From an uncultured Alphaproteobacteria bacterium (lineage in GTDB: Bacteria > Pseudomonadota > Alphaproteobacteria > HIMB59 > GCA-002718135): 64,000 nt of DNA. The notes below the pieces were generated by a model, which was not told where the DNA came from, did no database searches, and was given only the letters and a program-made list of their open reading frames with translations. Numbering within the stretch: the first letter of the stretch is position 1; the number at the start of each line of letters is the position of its first letter. The stretch spans positions 37,749 to 101,748 of the forward strand of contig CACJEE010000002.1 of NCBI GenBank assembly GCA_902592345.1, written 5' to 3'. Shown here one piece after another: positions 1 through 13,118 of this stretch. Made by a program: the position numbers and the translations under genes.

Positions 1-3367
<3,367 letters not shown>

Positions 3368-3370
3368 TAA

Positions 3371-4486
3371 TTAAACTCTCATAGGCATTAGAACGTATAT
3401 TAAATCAGGATTAGTTTTTTCCTTTGCAATGATAGGAGATGAATTATCCATAAACGATAATTGTATTTCATTTTCTTTAAGATTTTCTAGCATGTCCATT
3501 ATATATTTAGCATTAAAACCAATCTCAATTTCTTTACCTTCATAATCAGCTTCAATATCCTCTGTAGCACTGCTATTATCTTTATTGAATGTACTTAAGT
3601 TAACCAAATTTTTGAAAAGTTTAAATTTAATTACTGGAGATTTTTCATTAACAATTGTGCTTACTCTATCAACTGCAGAAAGGAGGTTTAATCTATTAAC
3701 AATTAAATTTTCATTATTATTTTTCGGAATCACTCTCTTATAATCTGGAAAAGTTCCATCTATAAGTTTCGATATTAAAATCAACTTACCTATATAAAAA
3801 ATTATTTTATTTGAATTAATTTCTATATGAATATCATCAGAGTTTTCTGATAAAAGTTTGTATAGCTCATTTATTGTTTTTTTTGGAATAATTACTCCGT
3901 TAATATCGTCAATTTTTGTGGAATTAGAAATTGAGAGTTTAGCTAACCTATGACCATCTGTTCCAACAAAAGTTAACATACTTTTATCATTTTCATTATT
4001 AATACTAAAATACAAACCATTAAGAAAATATCTTGTCTCTTCATTTGAAATCGCAAATTTTGTTTTATCTATCAAATTAAATATATTCTCTGCTTTAGTT
4101 GTTAATTTATTTCCCTCAATTTTAGATTCTATTAATGGAAAATCTTCCTTTGGCAAACATGCTAGAGAAAACTTAGAAACTCCTGACCTTAAGGTTAATA
4201 TTTTTCCATCATTTGAAATAATTTCTATTTTACTTTGATCATGAAGTTTTTTTATTATATCATATATTAACTGCGCATTAATTGTTGTTGCCCCTTCCTC
4301 AATTACCTCACAATTGATATTTTCTTTTATTGAAATATCCATATCGGTTGAAGACATTGTTAACTCATTATTTTTAGCTTCTATTAGAATATTAGATAGA
4401 ATAGGTAATGCATTTTTTCTATCAACAATACTTTGCAAATGGGTAAGTGATCTAAAAATAGTTTTTTTTTCAATTACAAACTTCAT
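3371..4486 (-). CDS. dnaN: DNA polymerase III beta sliding clamp
   Basis: 371 aa ORF directly downstream of dnaA. Three-domain clamp length, C-terminal ...YVLMPMRV. Confidence 0.93.
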   Translation of the reverse strand: MKFVIEKKTIFRSLTHLQSIVDRKNALPILSNILIEAKNNELTMSSTDMDISIKENINCEVIEEGATTINAQLIYDIIKKLHDQSKIEIISNDGKILTLRSGVSKFSLACLPKEDFPLIESKIEGNKLTTKAENIFNLIDKTKFAISNEETRYFLNGLYFSINNENDKSMLTFVGTDGHRLAKLSISNSTKIDDINGVIIPKKTINELYKLLSENSDDIHIEINSNKIIFYIGKLILISKLIDGTFPDYKRVIPKNNNENLIVNRLNLLSAVDRVSTIVNEKSPVIKFKLFKNLVNLSTFNKDNSSATEDIEADYEGKEIEIGFNAKYIMDMLENLKENEIQLSFMDNSSPIIAKEKTNPDLIYVLMPMRV

Positions 4487-4510
4487 TAAACAAATATAAA
4501 TAAATTTATA

Positions 4511-5905
4511 TTAAGAGTCTATAAGTCTTTTAAGAAGTTCAATATCTTCATTGAAACTTATATCTTGTAGTTTTAATTCTTCTATTTTTTTAACTGCATG
4601 CATTACTGTTGTATGATCTCTTCCACCAAATTTTCTACCAATTTCTGGTAAAGATCTGGAAGTAATTGATTTTGCTAAATACATTGCAATTTGTCTAGGT
4701 CTTGCTACTGAACGTGATCTTCTTGGAGAGTGCATATCAGTAATTCTAATATTATAATGTTCAGCAACTTTTTTTTGAATTTCTTCAATTGTAATTTTTT
4801 TATTTGAAGATTTTAGTAAATCTTGGAGAACCGTCTGAGCAGTTTCAATAGTAATTTCTGTACCTACTAATGTAGCATGAGCTACCAATCTATTGAGGGC
4901 GCCTTCCATTTCTCTAACATTCGAAATTATCCTGTGCGATAAAAATTCAAGTACTTTAGGAGGAATTTCAACTCCTCTTTTTTGAGCCTTTTCAATTAGT
5001 ATTCCAAGTCTGAGCTCATATGTTGTTGGATGTATATCTGCGACTAAACCACAGCCTAATCTTGATTTTAATCTATCTTGAACACCATCTAAATCAGAAG
5101 GTGATTTATCAGCAGAAATAACTATTTGTTTGTTTTGTTCTATTAATGCATTAAATGTATGGAAAAATTCCTCTTGTGTATTATCTTTACCACTTATAAA
5201 TTGCACATCATCTATCATTAAAACATCAATAGACCTGAATTGTTCTTTAAAAGCTGAAGTATCTTTATATCTTAAAGCACGCACAAACTGATACATAAAC
5301 TTTTCAGCAGATAAATAGATAACTTTTCTATCGGGTTGTTGTTGTTTAATTTTCCACCCGATGGCATGCATAAGATGAGTTTTTCCTAAACCAACTCCAC
5401 CATATAGAAAGAGAGGATTAAAAGAAACTTCATCTGCTTCTGCAACTCTCTCTGAAGCTGCAAAAGCTAATTCATTTGGCTTGCCAACTACAAAATTTTC
5501 AAATGTAAATCGTGGATCTAAGGGTGCGCCAAACTCATTAGGATATGATGAGTTTTGGCTTGTCCTAATATCCATCGATGATTTCCAGTGATTATCATTA
5601 CTTTTTACTGTTCTAGCAGTGCCTGGGACTATTCTCCCTCCAGTTGGTTTTACAACAAACTTAATAACATCTATTTTTTGAGAATAATTCTTTGATTCAA
5701 TTTTTATTTTATCAGAGTAATTATTTACTATCCAATCTCTTAAAAATTTAGTTGGTAAAGACAGTGTGATTGTATCATTATCAACCGATACATAGTTTAA
5801 ATGTTTCAACCAATTATTATATGCACTTTCTCCTACTGTTTTCTTTAAATCTTTTTTTAAAGAGGCCCATTTAGTTTCATTAAATTCTTCAGTTGGATTC
5901 TGCAT
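4511..5905 (-). CDS. dnaA: Chromosomal replication initiator DnaA
   Basis: AAA+ Walker A GGVGLGKTHLMHA, Walker B LMIDDVQF, C-terminal DNA-binding GGRDHTTVMHA. Confidence 0.97.
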   Translation of the reverse strand: MQNPTEEFNETKWASLKKDLKKTVGESAYNNWLKHLNYVSVDNDTITLSLPTKFLRDWIVNNYSDKIKIESKNYSQKIDVIKFVVKPTGGRIVPGTARTVKSNDNHWKSSMDIRTSQNSSYPNEFGAPLDPRFTFENFVVGKPNELAFAASERVAEADEVSFNPLFLYGGVGLGKTHLMHAIGWKIKQQQPDRKVIYLSAEKFMYQFVRALRYKDTSAFKEQFRSIDVLMIDDVQFISGKDNTQEEFFHTFNALIEQNKQIVISADKSPSDLDGVQDRLKSRLGCGLVADIHPTTYELRLGILIEKAQKRGVEIPPKVLEFLSHRIISNVREMEGALNRLVAHATLVGTEITIETAQTVLQDLLKSSNKKITIEEIQKKVAEHYNIRITDMHSPRRSRSVARPRQIAMYLAKSITSRSLPEIGRKFGGRDHTTVMHAVKKIEELKLQDISFNEDIELLKRLIDS

Positions 5906-6068
5906 TAGCCCCCTAATAGTAGTTGATTTTTTTTCAATAAATTTTACGTAAAAAAATCAAAGCCGTAAAACTATAACCGTAAATTATAATCACCAATTAT
6001 AATAAAGATAATCAATACTCTTTACGCATTTTAATCAAGAATAAAAGAGAAAAAATTAAAAAAAAAAA

Positions 6069-6329
6069 TTAATTTTTTTTGATTTGATTTGATAACGAGG
6101 ATAACTTTCGGGACATATATTGTTTTTTCAATATCCCTTTTTTAACGGCTTTAGCCATGATTGAGTTAATCACTTGCAGAGATTTAGTTGCTTCTTTGGA
6201 ATTATCAGCTTTTAGAGATTTGGTAAATTTATTTAGATTAGTTCTAATTTTACTTAAATATTGAGAATTAACAGTATTTTTAACTTTAGATTGAATTGAT
6301 CTTTTTCTAGCTGATTTATGATTAGCCAT
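6069..6329 (-). CDS. rpsT: 30S ribosomal protein S20
   Basis: 86 aa basic protein starting MANHKSARKR. rpsT-dnaA adjacency is typical of Alphaproteobacteria. Confidence 0.95.
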   Translation of the reverse strand: MANHKSARKRSIQSKVKNTVNSQYLSKIRTNLNKFTKSLKADNSKEATKSLQVINSIMAKAVKKGILKKQYMSRKLSSLSNQIKKN

Positions 6330-6378
6330 TAAAAAAGCCTATAAATTTTATAAATTTAAAGTCAACTTTAATATTAAA

Positions 6379-7188
6379 TCATTTTTGTATCTTAGGGCAA
6401 AAAAAAGTAGAACGCCCATACAATACTTCTTTTTTTATAACGAAACCTTTGATTCTCTGCCCTTCTCTTCCATATACTTTAAAATTATTTTGAAAATTGC
6501 CTAAAGTACCGTCTGGAGACACATAATCGCTAATAGATGAGCCCCCATGCTTAATTGCTTTTCTTAATATTTTTCTTATAGATTTAATAATTGTATCAAT
6601 ATGGTACTTTTTTAAACTATTTCCTTTTCTTAATGGAGATATTTTTGCATCAAACAATATTTCAGAGGCATAGATATTGCCAATACCTGATACTATATAT
6701 TGATTTAGTAAAAGTTGTTTTATCAAAACTTCTGATTTACAAAACTTATGGTACAAATATTCTGTTGAGAGATTTTTATCTAAGGCGTCAATGCCCAATT
6801 TTTTAATATATCTGATATTATTTATTTTATCTGACTCAACTATATCAATAAACCCAAATCTTCTAGGATCATTATAAATTAATTTAATATTATTAAATTT
6901 AAACACTAAATGATCATGATTTTTTATTGGTATATTAATTTTTATAATTTTTAATCTACCGGACATACCTAAATGAATAATTACACTCATAGAGTTGTTA
7001 AAATCTATAATCACATACTTAGCTATCCTCCTCAATTTTATAATTTTATAATTTATTATTTTTTTTAATTCCAAATGAGGTATTGAATACCTAAGTTTTT
7101 TTGAATGGATATCAAGATTAATGACTTTTTTATTTTTTAATATATTTAAGCTCTTAATAGTGGTTTCTACTTCAGGTAATTCAGGCAT
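6379..7188 (-). CDS. mutM: Formamidopyrimidine-DNA glycosylase (Fpg/MutM) with degenerate zinc finger
   Basis: Catalytic N-terminus MPELPEVE, H2TH region, C-terminal VYGREG...RSTFFCPKIQK that retains only 1 of the 4 usual zinc-finger Cys. Confidence 0.9.
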   Translation of the reverse strand: MPELPEVETTIKSLNILKNKKVINLDIHSKKLRYSIPHLELKKIINYKIIKLRRIAKYVIIDFNNSMSVIIHLGMSGRLKIIKINIPIKNHDHLVFKFNNIKLIYNDPRRFGFIDIVESDKINNIRYIKKLGIDALDKNLSTEYLYHKFCKSEVLIKQLLLNQYIVSGIGNIYASEILFDAKISPLRKGNSLKKYHIDTIIKSIRKILRKAIKHGGSSISDYVSPDGTLGNFQNNFKVYGREGQRIKGFVIKKEVLYGRSTFFCPKIQK

Positions 7189-7191
7189 AAA

Positions 7192-7920
7192 ATGAGTAAA
7201 ATATCAAATTTTGGTTATACAAAGGTCACAATTAAAGAAAAAACAAAATTAGTTCAAAAAGTTTTTTCAGATGTTGCTTTTAATTACGACTTAATGAATG
7301 ATGTAATGAGTTTTGGAGCTCATAGACTGTGGAAAAGTAAATTTATAGATATAGTTAATCCTACTTATAGTGATAAAATTATTGATGTTGGATCAGGTTC
7401 AGGAGACTTAGTTTTAGAAATTCAAAAGCGATATTTAAATGCAAAAATAGATATTGTTGATCTAAATAAAGAAATGCTTGAAGAAGGAAGAAAACGTATA
7501 AAAAAAGGTAATGTAAGTTTCTATAAACAAAATGCTGAAAGTTTAAGCTTTGCTAATAATAGCTATGACAAATATGTTGTTTCTTTTTGCTTAAGAAATA
7601 TATCAGATATTGACAAATCACTCAAAGAGGCTTTTAGGATATTAAAACCTGGTGGACAATATTATTGTCTGGAGTTTAGTAGACCAAATTCTTTTATTAT
7701 CTCAAATATTTATTCATATTATAAATCAAATCTAATTCCTGCTTTTGGAAAGATATTTTCTAATAATCGAGATGCTTATAATTATCTAAGTGAAAGTATT
7801 GATATGTTCCCAAGCCAAGAAGATCTTAAAGAAAAAATGGGTTATGCAGGTTTTAAATCAGTAAAATTTATAGACCTATTTGATGGAATTGTATCAATTC
7901 ACACAGGTTATAAATATTAG
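7192..7920 (+). CDS. ubiE: Ubiquinone/menaquinone biosynthesis C-methyltransferase
   Basis: UbiE signature VFSDVAFNYDLMNDVMSFGAHRLWK, SAM motif I VGSGSGD. Confidence 0.93.
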   Translation: MSKISNFGYTKVTIKEKTKLVQKVFSDVAFNYDLMNDVMSFGAHRLWKSKFIDIVNPTYSDKIIDVGSGSGDLVLEIQKRYLNAKIDIVDLNKEMLEEGRKRIKKGNVSFYKQNAESLSFANNSYDKYVVSFCLRNISDIDKSLKEAFRILKPGGQYYCLEFSRPNSFIISNIYSYYKSNLIPAFGKIFSNNRDAYNYLSESIDMFPSQEDLKEKMGYAGFKSVKFIDLFDGIVSIHTGYKY

Positions 7921-9098
7921 TGAAGATACTTTTTATTATTACAGGGTCAATTGCTGTATCAAAATGTTATGATATATTAAGTGCATTAAAAAAAAATAAA
8001 ATTGAAGTAAATTGTTTAATAACAAATAACGCAAAAAAATTACTAAATACTTTAAAAATAAAGAAAAATATTTCTGGTAAAATTTATACTGAAGCAAGTG
8101 AAAAAAAAGAAAAGATGCTTCACATTAATTTATCAAGAAAAAATGACTTAATAGTAGTGTGTCCTTCAACAGCTAATACAATAGCGAAATTTGCAAACGG
8201 CTATGGTGATAATTTAGCTTCAACAACTTTGCTAGCTGCAAATAAATCCATAATTTTTATTCCAGCTATGAATTCAATGATGTGGAATAATCCTTTAAAT
8301 AAAAAAAACGTCAAATATCTTAAATCGATAGGTGTAGATTTTATTGGACCTAAAATTGGGAGACTGAAATGCGGTGAATATGGAATGGGCAGAATAGAGG
8401 ATGTTAAAAATATTGTAAGTATGTTGATTTCTAGAGTGGAGACAAATAATCAGTTTATAAATAAAAAATGTCTTATAACTGCAGGACCCACTATAGAAGA
8501 TATCGATCCTGTAAGATATATCTCAAATTATTCCTCAGGAAAGCAAGGTTATGAAATTGCTAATCAACTAGCAAGAAAGGGTGCAGATGTAATTTTGATT
8601 TCAGGACCAACAAATATTCAACCTCCTTCGAATGTAAAAATAATCAAGGTTAGAACTGCGGATGAAATGCTGATTCAAACAAATAAATATAATAAAAAAA
8701 TAGATATTGCAGTATTTTGTGCTGCTGTAGCAGATTTTAAAATAAGAAAAATAAGTTCAAAAAAAACAAAAAAAGACAAATTAAAATCACTAAAATTAAT
8801 AAAAAATATTGATATTCTAAAAAAAATTTCAACTCAAAAAAAAAATAGGCCTAAATATATTGTAGGTTTTTCGGCTGAAACGGATAATAAAATATTAGCC
8901 AAAAGAAAACTAAAAGAAAAAAATTGTGATATGATAGTGTATAATAAAATAAGCAAAAAAAATAAAGTTTTTGGATTAGATGAAAATAAAATTTCTGTTT
9001 TGACAAAAAATAAAATTATAAATTATGCAAAATCTTCAAAATTCAAATGTGCTACTTTAATTATAGATTCTATTTATAATGAAATAAAAAATAAATGA
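7920..9098 (+). CDS. coaBC: Bifunctional phosphopantothenoylcysteine decarboxylase / synthetase
   Basis: N-terminal flavoprotein domain (ITGSIAVSK, PAMNSMMW) and C-terminal DFP domain (ITAGPTIEDIDPVRYISNYSSGK). GTG start overlaps the ubiE stop by 1 nt. Confidence 0.9.
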   Translation: MKILFIITGSIAVSKCYDILSALKKNKIEVNCLITNNAKKLLNTLKIKKNISGKIYTEASEKKEKMLHINLSRKNDLIVVCPSTANTIAKFANGYGDNLASTTLLAANKSIIFIPAMNSMMWNNPLNKKNVKYLKSIGVDFIGPKIGRLKCGEYGMGRIEDVKNIVSMLISRVETNNQFINKKCLITAGPTIEDIDPVRYISNYSSGKQGYEIANQLARKGADVILISGPTNIQPPSNVKIIKVRTADEMLIQTNKYNKKIDIAVFCAAVADFKIRKISSKKTKKDKLKSLKLIKNIDILKKISTQKKNRPKYIVGFSAETDNKILAKRKLKEKNCDMIVYNKISKKNKVFGLDENKISVLTKNKIINYAKSSKFKCATLIIDSIYNEIKNK

Positions 9099-9838
9099 CT
9101 TACTCAGACTTAGAATATGAATTATTTTCTAGACAGTTTATTTTAAAAAATTTTAATGAAGAAAATATATTAAAATTACATAACTCTAAAATAGTGATAG
9201 TTGGACTTGGGGGAATAGCTTGCCCTCTAGCACAATATTTAGTTTCATCTGGTGTGAAAAATTTAACTTTTTTTGATGGTGATATGATTGAAAAAAGCAA
9301 CTTAGGTAGACAAATATTATATACTTTAGAAGATCTAGGGAAATATAAAACTTTAGTTGCAAAAGATAAACTATTAAAAACAAATCCACATTGCAATATA
9401 ACTGCCTACCCAGAATATTTAAGACAAGAAAATTTAAATTTATTATTAAGCGCAGACATAATAATAGATACAACTGATGATTGGCATACTTCAAAATTAA
9501 TTAACAAATTTTGTTTACAGAACTCGTTAAAATATATTTTTTCATCAGCAATTAATTATAATATTCAAATATGTCTTTTTGATAATAAAAAAAATCACGT
9601 TTGTTTAAATTGTTTGTTTCCAAACGAAGAAGATGCAGATTTACCAAGATGTGATACTGTTGGAATTTCTAGTATTTGTGCTGGTATTGCTGGATTAGTA
9701 ACGGCTCAAAAAACATTAAATACTTTATTAAATACTATAGATGAAAATAATATCTTAACATTAATTAATACTTCAGATTTCACTATAAGTAATATTATCA
9801 TAAAAAATAATGTTAATTGTGTGTTAAATAATAGTTAA
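9095..9838 (+). CDS. ThiF/MoeB/HesA-family E1-like adenylyltransferase
   Basis: FSRQ motif, nucleotide-binding [16 protein letters not shown], Cys pairs CLNC and PRCD. 4-nt overlap with coaBC. Confidence 0.8.
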   Translation: MTYSDLEYELFSRQFILKNFNEENILKLHNSKIVIVGLGGIACPLAQYLVSSGVKNLTFFDGDMIEKSNLGRQILYTLEDLGKYKTLVAKDKLLKTNPHCNITAYPEYLRQENLNLLLSADIIIDTTDDWHTSKLINKFCLQNSLKYIFSSAINYNIQICLFDNKKNHVCLNCLFPNEEDADLPRCDTVGISSICAGIAGLVTAQKTLNTLLNTIDENNILTLINTSDFTISNIIIKNNVNCVLNNS

Positions 9839-9879
9839 CTTATAATGTATTATCATTTAAGACCTTACTTATTATCACT

Positions 9880-10389
9880 ATGAAACAAAATTCCTTTTCT
9901 TATGAGCAACTAATCGATTGTGCAAATGGAGATTTATTTGGAAAGGGTAATGCGCAACTACCATCCCCACCTATGCTAATGTTTGATAGAATTACAAATA
10001 TTAATGAAACAGGTGGTTTATTTAAAAAAGGTGAGATTGTTGCTGAATTAGACATTAGACCTGATCTTTGGTTTTTTGAATGTCACTTCAAGAAAGATCC
10101 TGTAATGCCTGGATGTCTAGGTTTAGATGCAATGTGGCAATTGGTTGGTTTTTATCTTGGATGGTTAGAACAACCAGGTAAAGGTAGGGCTCTTGGTGTT
10201 GGTGAGGTAAAATTTACAGGGCAAGTTTTAGATACAATAAAAAAAGTAACTTACCATATTTCTCTTAAAAGATTAATTCTTAGAAAATTAATTTTAGGAG
10301 TAGCTGATGGCATTCTTAAAGCAGATGGTGAGCCCATATATGAAGCTAAAGATATGAAAGTTGGGCTTTTTCAATCTGATAATAAATAA
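9880..10389 (+). CDS. fabA: 3-hydroxydecanoyl-ACP dehydratase/isomerase
   Basis: [31 protein letters not shown] active-site region, 169 aa. Confidence 0.93.
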   Translation: MKQNSFSYEQLIDCANGDLFGKGNAQLPSPPMLMFDRITNINETGGLFKKGEIVAELDIRPDLWFFECHFKKDPVMPGCLGLDAMWQLVGFYLGWLEQPGKGRALGVGEVKFTGQVLDTIKKVTYHISLKRLILRKLILGVADGILKADGEPIYEAKDMKVGLFQSDNK

Positions 10390-10391
10390 TA

Positions 10392-11612
10392 ATGAAAAGA
10401 GTTGTTATAACAGGCCTAGGTATTGTCTCATGTATTGGTAATGATGCAGAAACTGTAACTAATAATTTAAAAAACTTAAATTCTGGTATTTCTTCTGCCC
10501 CCGAATATGAAGAGTTTTCATTTAGAAGTCTCGTACATGGTAAGCCAAATATAAATTTAGAAGAAAATATTGATCGTCGTCTTTTGCGTTTTATGGGTGA
10601 TGGTGCAGCATTTAATTATATAGCAATGAAAAATGCAATTGAAGATTCTGGATTAGAAGAGAAAGATGTATCCAATGAAATGACAGGTATAATTGTTGGG
10701 TCTGGAGGTCCATCAACTATGAATTTATATAAAGCATCTGAGTTGGGAAAAAATAGCGGCTCTAAGAAAGTTGGGCCTTTTATGGTGCCAAGAAGTATGT
10801 CTAGCACAAATTCTGCAACTCTAGCTACTCCATTCAAAATCAAAGGGGTAAATTATTCAATTACCTCTGCTTGTTCAACAAGCTCCCATTGCATTGGAAA
10901 TGCATATGAACTCATTCAAATGGGTAAACAAAATATAGTATTTGCGGGAGGTGGAGAAGAGTTACATTGGACTTTATCGATACTTTTTGATGCAATGGGT
11001 GCTCTTTCATCAAAGTATAATGATAATCCATCAGTGGCTTCTAGAGCATATGATTCTGAAAGAGATGGTTTTGTAATTTCTGGTGGTGGTGGAACATTGG
11101 TACTTGAGGAGCTTGACCATGCAAAAGCAAGAGGTGCTAAAATATATGCTGAAATTACAGGATATGGTGCTACTTCTGATGGATACGATATGGTGCAACC
11201 ATCTGGAGAAGGTGCTGAAAGATGCATGAAAATGGCAATAAAAAATATCAGAGGTAAGGTGGATTATATAAATTCACATGGCACGAGTACCACAATAGGA
11301 GACTTAAAAGAATTGGAAGCAATAAAAAAAGTATTTGGTAATAATATACCAAAAATTAGTTCAACTAAATCATTAACTGGACACTCCTTAGGAGCAACAG
11401 GTGTTCATGAAGCAATATATTCTCTTTTGATGATGAATAATAATTTTCTAAGTGGTTCGGCAAATATAAATTCATTAGATGATAAAGCAAAAGATCACAA
11501 TATTATTTTAAAAACTGAACAAAATGATAAAATTGAAAATATACTTTCAAATAGCTTTGGTTTTGGGGGTACAAATGCAACACTGTTAATGTCTCGATAT
11601 AATAATGATTAA
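10392..11612 (+). CDS. fabB: 3-oxoacyl-ACP synthase I
   Basis: KAS fold with [13 protein letters not shown] and GHSLGATG motifs. Directly follows fabA. Confidence 0.9.
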   Translation: MKRVVITGLGIVSCIGNDAETVTNNLKNLNSGISSAPEYEEFSFRSLVHGKPNINLEENIDRRLLRFMGDGAAFNYIAMKNAIEDSGLEEKDVSNEMTGIIVGSGGPSTMNLYKASELGKNSGSKKVGPFMVPRSMSSTNSATLATPFKIKGVNYSITSACSTSSHCIGNAYELIQMGKQNIVFAGGGEELHWTLSILFDAMGALSSKYNDNPSVASRAYDSERDGFVISGGGGTLVLEELDHAKARGAKIYAEITGYGATSDGYDMVQPSGEGAERCMKMAIKNIRGKVDYINSHGTSTTIGDLKELEAIKKVFGNNIPKISSTKSLTGHSLGATGVHEAIYSLLMMNNNFLSGSANINSLDDKAKDHNIILKTEQNDKIENILSNSFGFGGTNATLLMSRYNND

Positions 11613-12375
11613 AGGTAAAAAAGGTCTCATTATTGGTATCGCTAATGATCATTCAATTGCTTGGGGTATTGCTAAACAATTACATGCAAATGGTGCTGAA
11701 CTAGCTATTACCTATCAAAATGATACATTGTTAAAAAGAGTTAAACCTCTAGCAGATAAAGTGAATTCAAATATTTTGATTGAATGCGATGTAAATAACG
11801 AAAATAATTTACAAAATACAGTCAATCAAATTAATAAAGGATTTGGTAAAATCGATTTCATTATTCATGCTGTCGCTTATTCTGATAAAAATGAATTAAA
11901 TGGTCGGTATCTAGATACTTCTAAAGATAATTTTATTAATAGCTTATCTATATCTTGCTATTCCTTTACAAGAATTGCAAAATTATTCCAACCCATAATA
12001 AATAATGGAGGAAGCTTAGTCACATTAAGTTTTCATGGAGCAAATAAAGTTATGCCAAATTATAATGTGATGGGAGTAGCTAAGGCAGCTCTTGAAGCAA
12101 GTGTTAAATATTTAAGTGTTGATTTAGGCGATCAAAATGTAAGAGTTAATGCAATTTCTGCAGGACCAATGAGAACACTTGCTGGAGCAGCAATTGCTAA
12201 TGCAAGAGATGTTTTTAATTATACAAGTAAGAATTCTTCCTTAAAAAGAAATGTAAATCTAGAAGAATTAGGTAATTCAGCACTTTATTTAGTTAGTGAT
12301 TTATCTTCAGCGATAACTGGGGAGATTCATTATGTTGATTGCGGTTTTAATATTGTTGGAATGCCAAAAAATTAA
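11605..12375 (+). CDS. fabI: Enoyl-ACP reductase (NADH)
   Basis: 256 aa SDR-like, [14 protein letters not shown]-terminus, [11 protein letters not shown]. Overlaps the fabB end. Confidence 0.9.
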   Translation: MIKGKKGLIIGIANDHSIAWGIAKQLHANGAELAITYQNDTLLKRVKPLADKVNSNILIECDVNNENNLQNTVNQINKGFGKIDFIIHAVAYSDKNELNGRYLDTSKDNFINSLSISCYSFTRIAKLFQPIINNGGSLVTLSFHGANKVMPNYNVMGVAKAALEASVKYLSVDLGDQNVRVNAISAGPMRTLAGAAIANARDVFNYTSKNSSLKRNVNLEELGNSALYLVSDLSSAITGEIHYVDCGFNIVGMPKN

Positions 12376-13118
12376 AAATATTCACTAGGATCATCAACAA
12401 ATATACTAGTAACATTATTGCTCCATAAGTTTTGAGCTTGTGATTCTGTAATGTTATTATTAGAATACACTGTTACTTGAATATTATTTTCAATAAATTG
12501 GTTGATCATAGAGTTATTAAAACAATTTAAGTTAATACCACAACTAAAAAAATTATATTTTTTACAAATATCAATAGTTTCGTTGATATTAACTTTATTA
12601 AAATCATCATTTAAAAAACCACATAGTAAATGTGGTGCACTGTCTTTTAAACTTACACAACTTAAAAGATCAAAGCTTGAAAAATAAATCTTATCGTTTG
12701 AGGTTTGTTGAACTTCTTGTAATACTTTTTTTACGTTTAATTCTTCATAGTTTTTATTTGGTTTAAGTTCAATATTTAAATATTTTTGTTTTTTTTTAAC
12801 TAAATCTAAAATACTCCTTAAACTTGGAACTTTAATTTCTGTTTTTGATTTATAAAAATAATAACCAGCATCAAGTTTATTTATTTCATCAAATGTATAA
12901 TCACAGACTAATCCAAATCCATCTGTGGTTCTATCTAAAGTATCATCGTGGAGTAATAGAGGGATGCAATCCTTACTAATTTTTACATCTATTTCAACAC
13001 ACTCTAGACCAAGGTCAAAAGCTGTTAAAATTGACTCAAAAGTATTTTCGGGTTTTAAGTCTTTTACCCCTCTATGACCAATTAGTTTTGGTAGAAGAAA
13101 GTTACTATTCAGCCTCAA
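12372..13118 (-). CDS. Glycerophosphodiester phosphodiesterase (cytoplasmic, UgpQ-like)
   Basis: GDPD motifs [36 protein letters not shown]. No signal peptide. Confidence 0.85.
   Translation of the reverse strand: MRLNSNFLLPKLIGHRGVKDLKPENTFESILTAFDLGLECVEIDVKISKDCIPLLLHDDTLDRTTDGFGLVCDYTFDEINKLDAGYYFYKSKTEIKVPSLRSILDLVKKKQKYLNIELKPNKNYEELNVKKVLQEVQQTSNDKIYFSSFDLLSCVSLKDSAPHLLCGFLNDDFNKVNINETIDICKKYNFFSCGINLNCFNNSMINQFIENNIQVTVYSNNNITESQAQNLWSNNVTSIFVDDPSEYF

Noticed and set aside
5906-6068. Possible oriC next to dnaA
   Set aside because: I could not find TTATCCACA-like DnaA boxes or an AT-rich 13-mer array distinct from the background. Alphaproteobacterial origins are often not adjacent to dnaA. 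The question is left open pending GC-skew and PWM analysis.
10916-11227. 103-aa antisense ORF inside fabB. Similar antisense ORFs occur in the ThiF-like gene (9100-9494), pit (38670-39293), nusA, infB, phnY and others
   Set aside because: These lie wholly within well-supported genes on the opposite strand and have low-complexity or biased composition. They are typical shadow ORFs.
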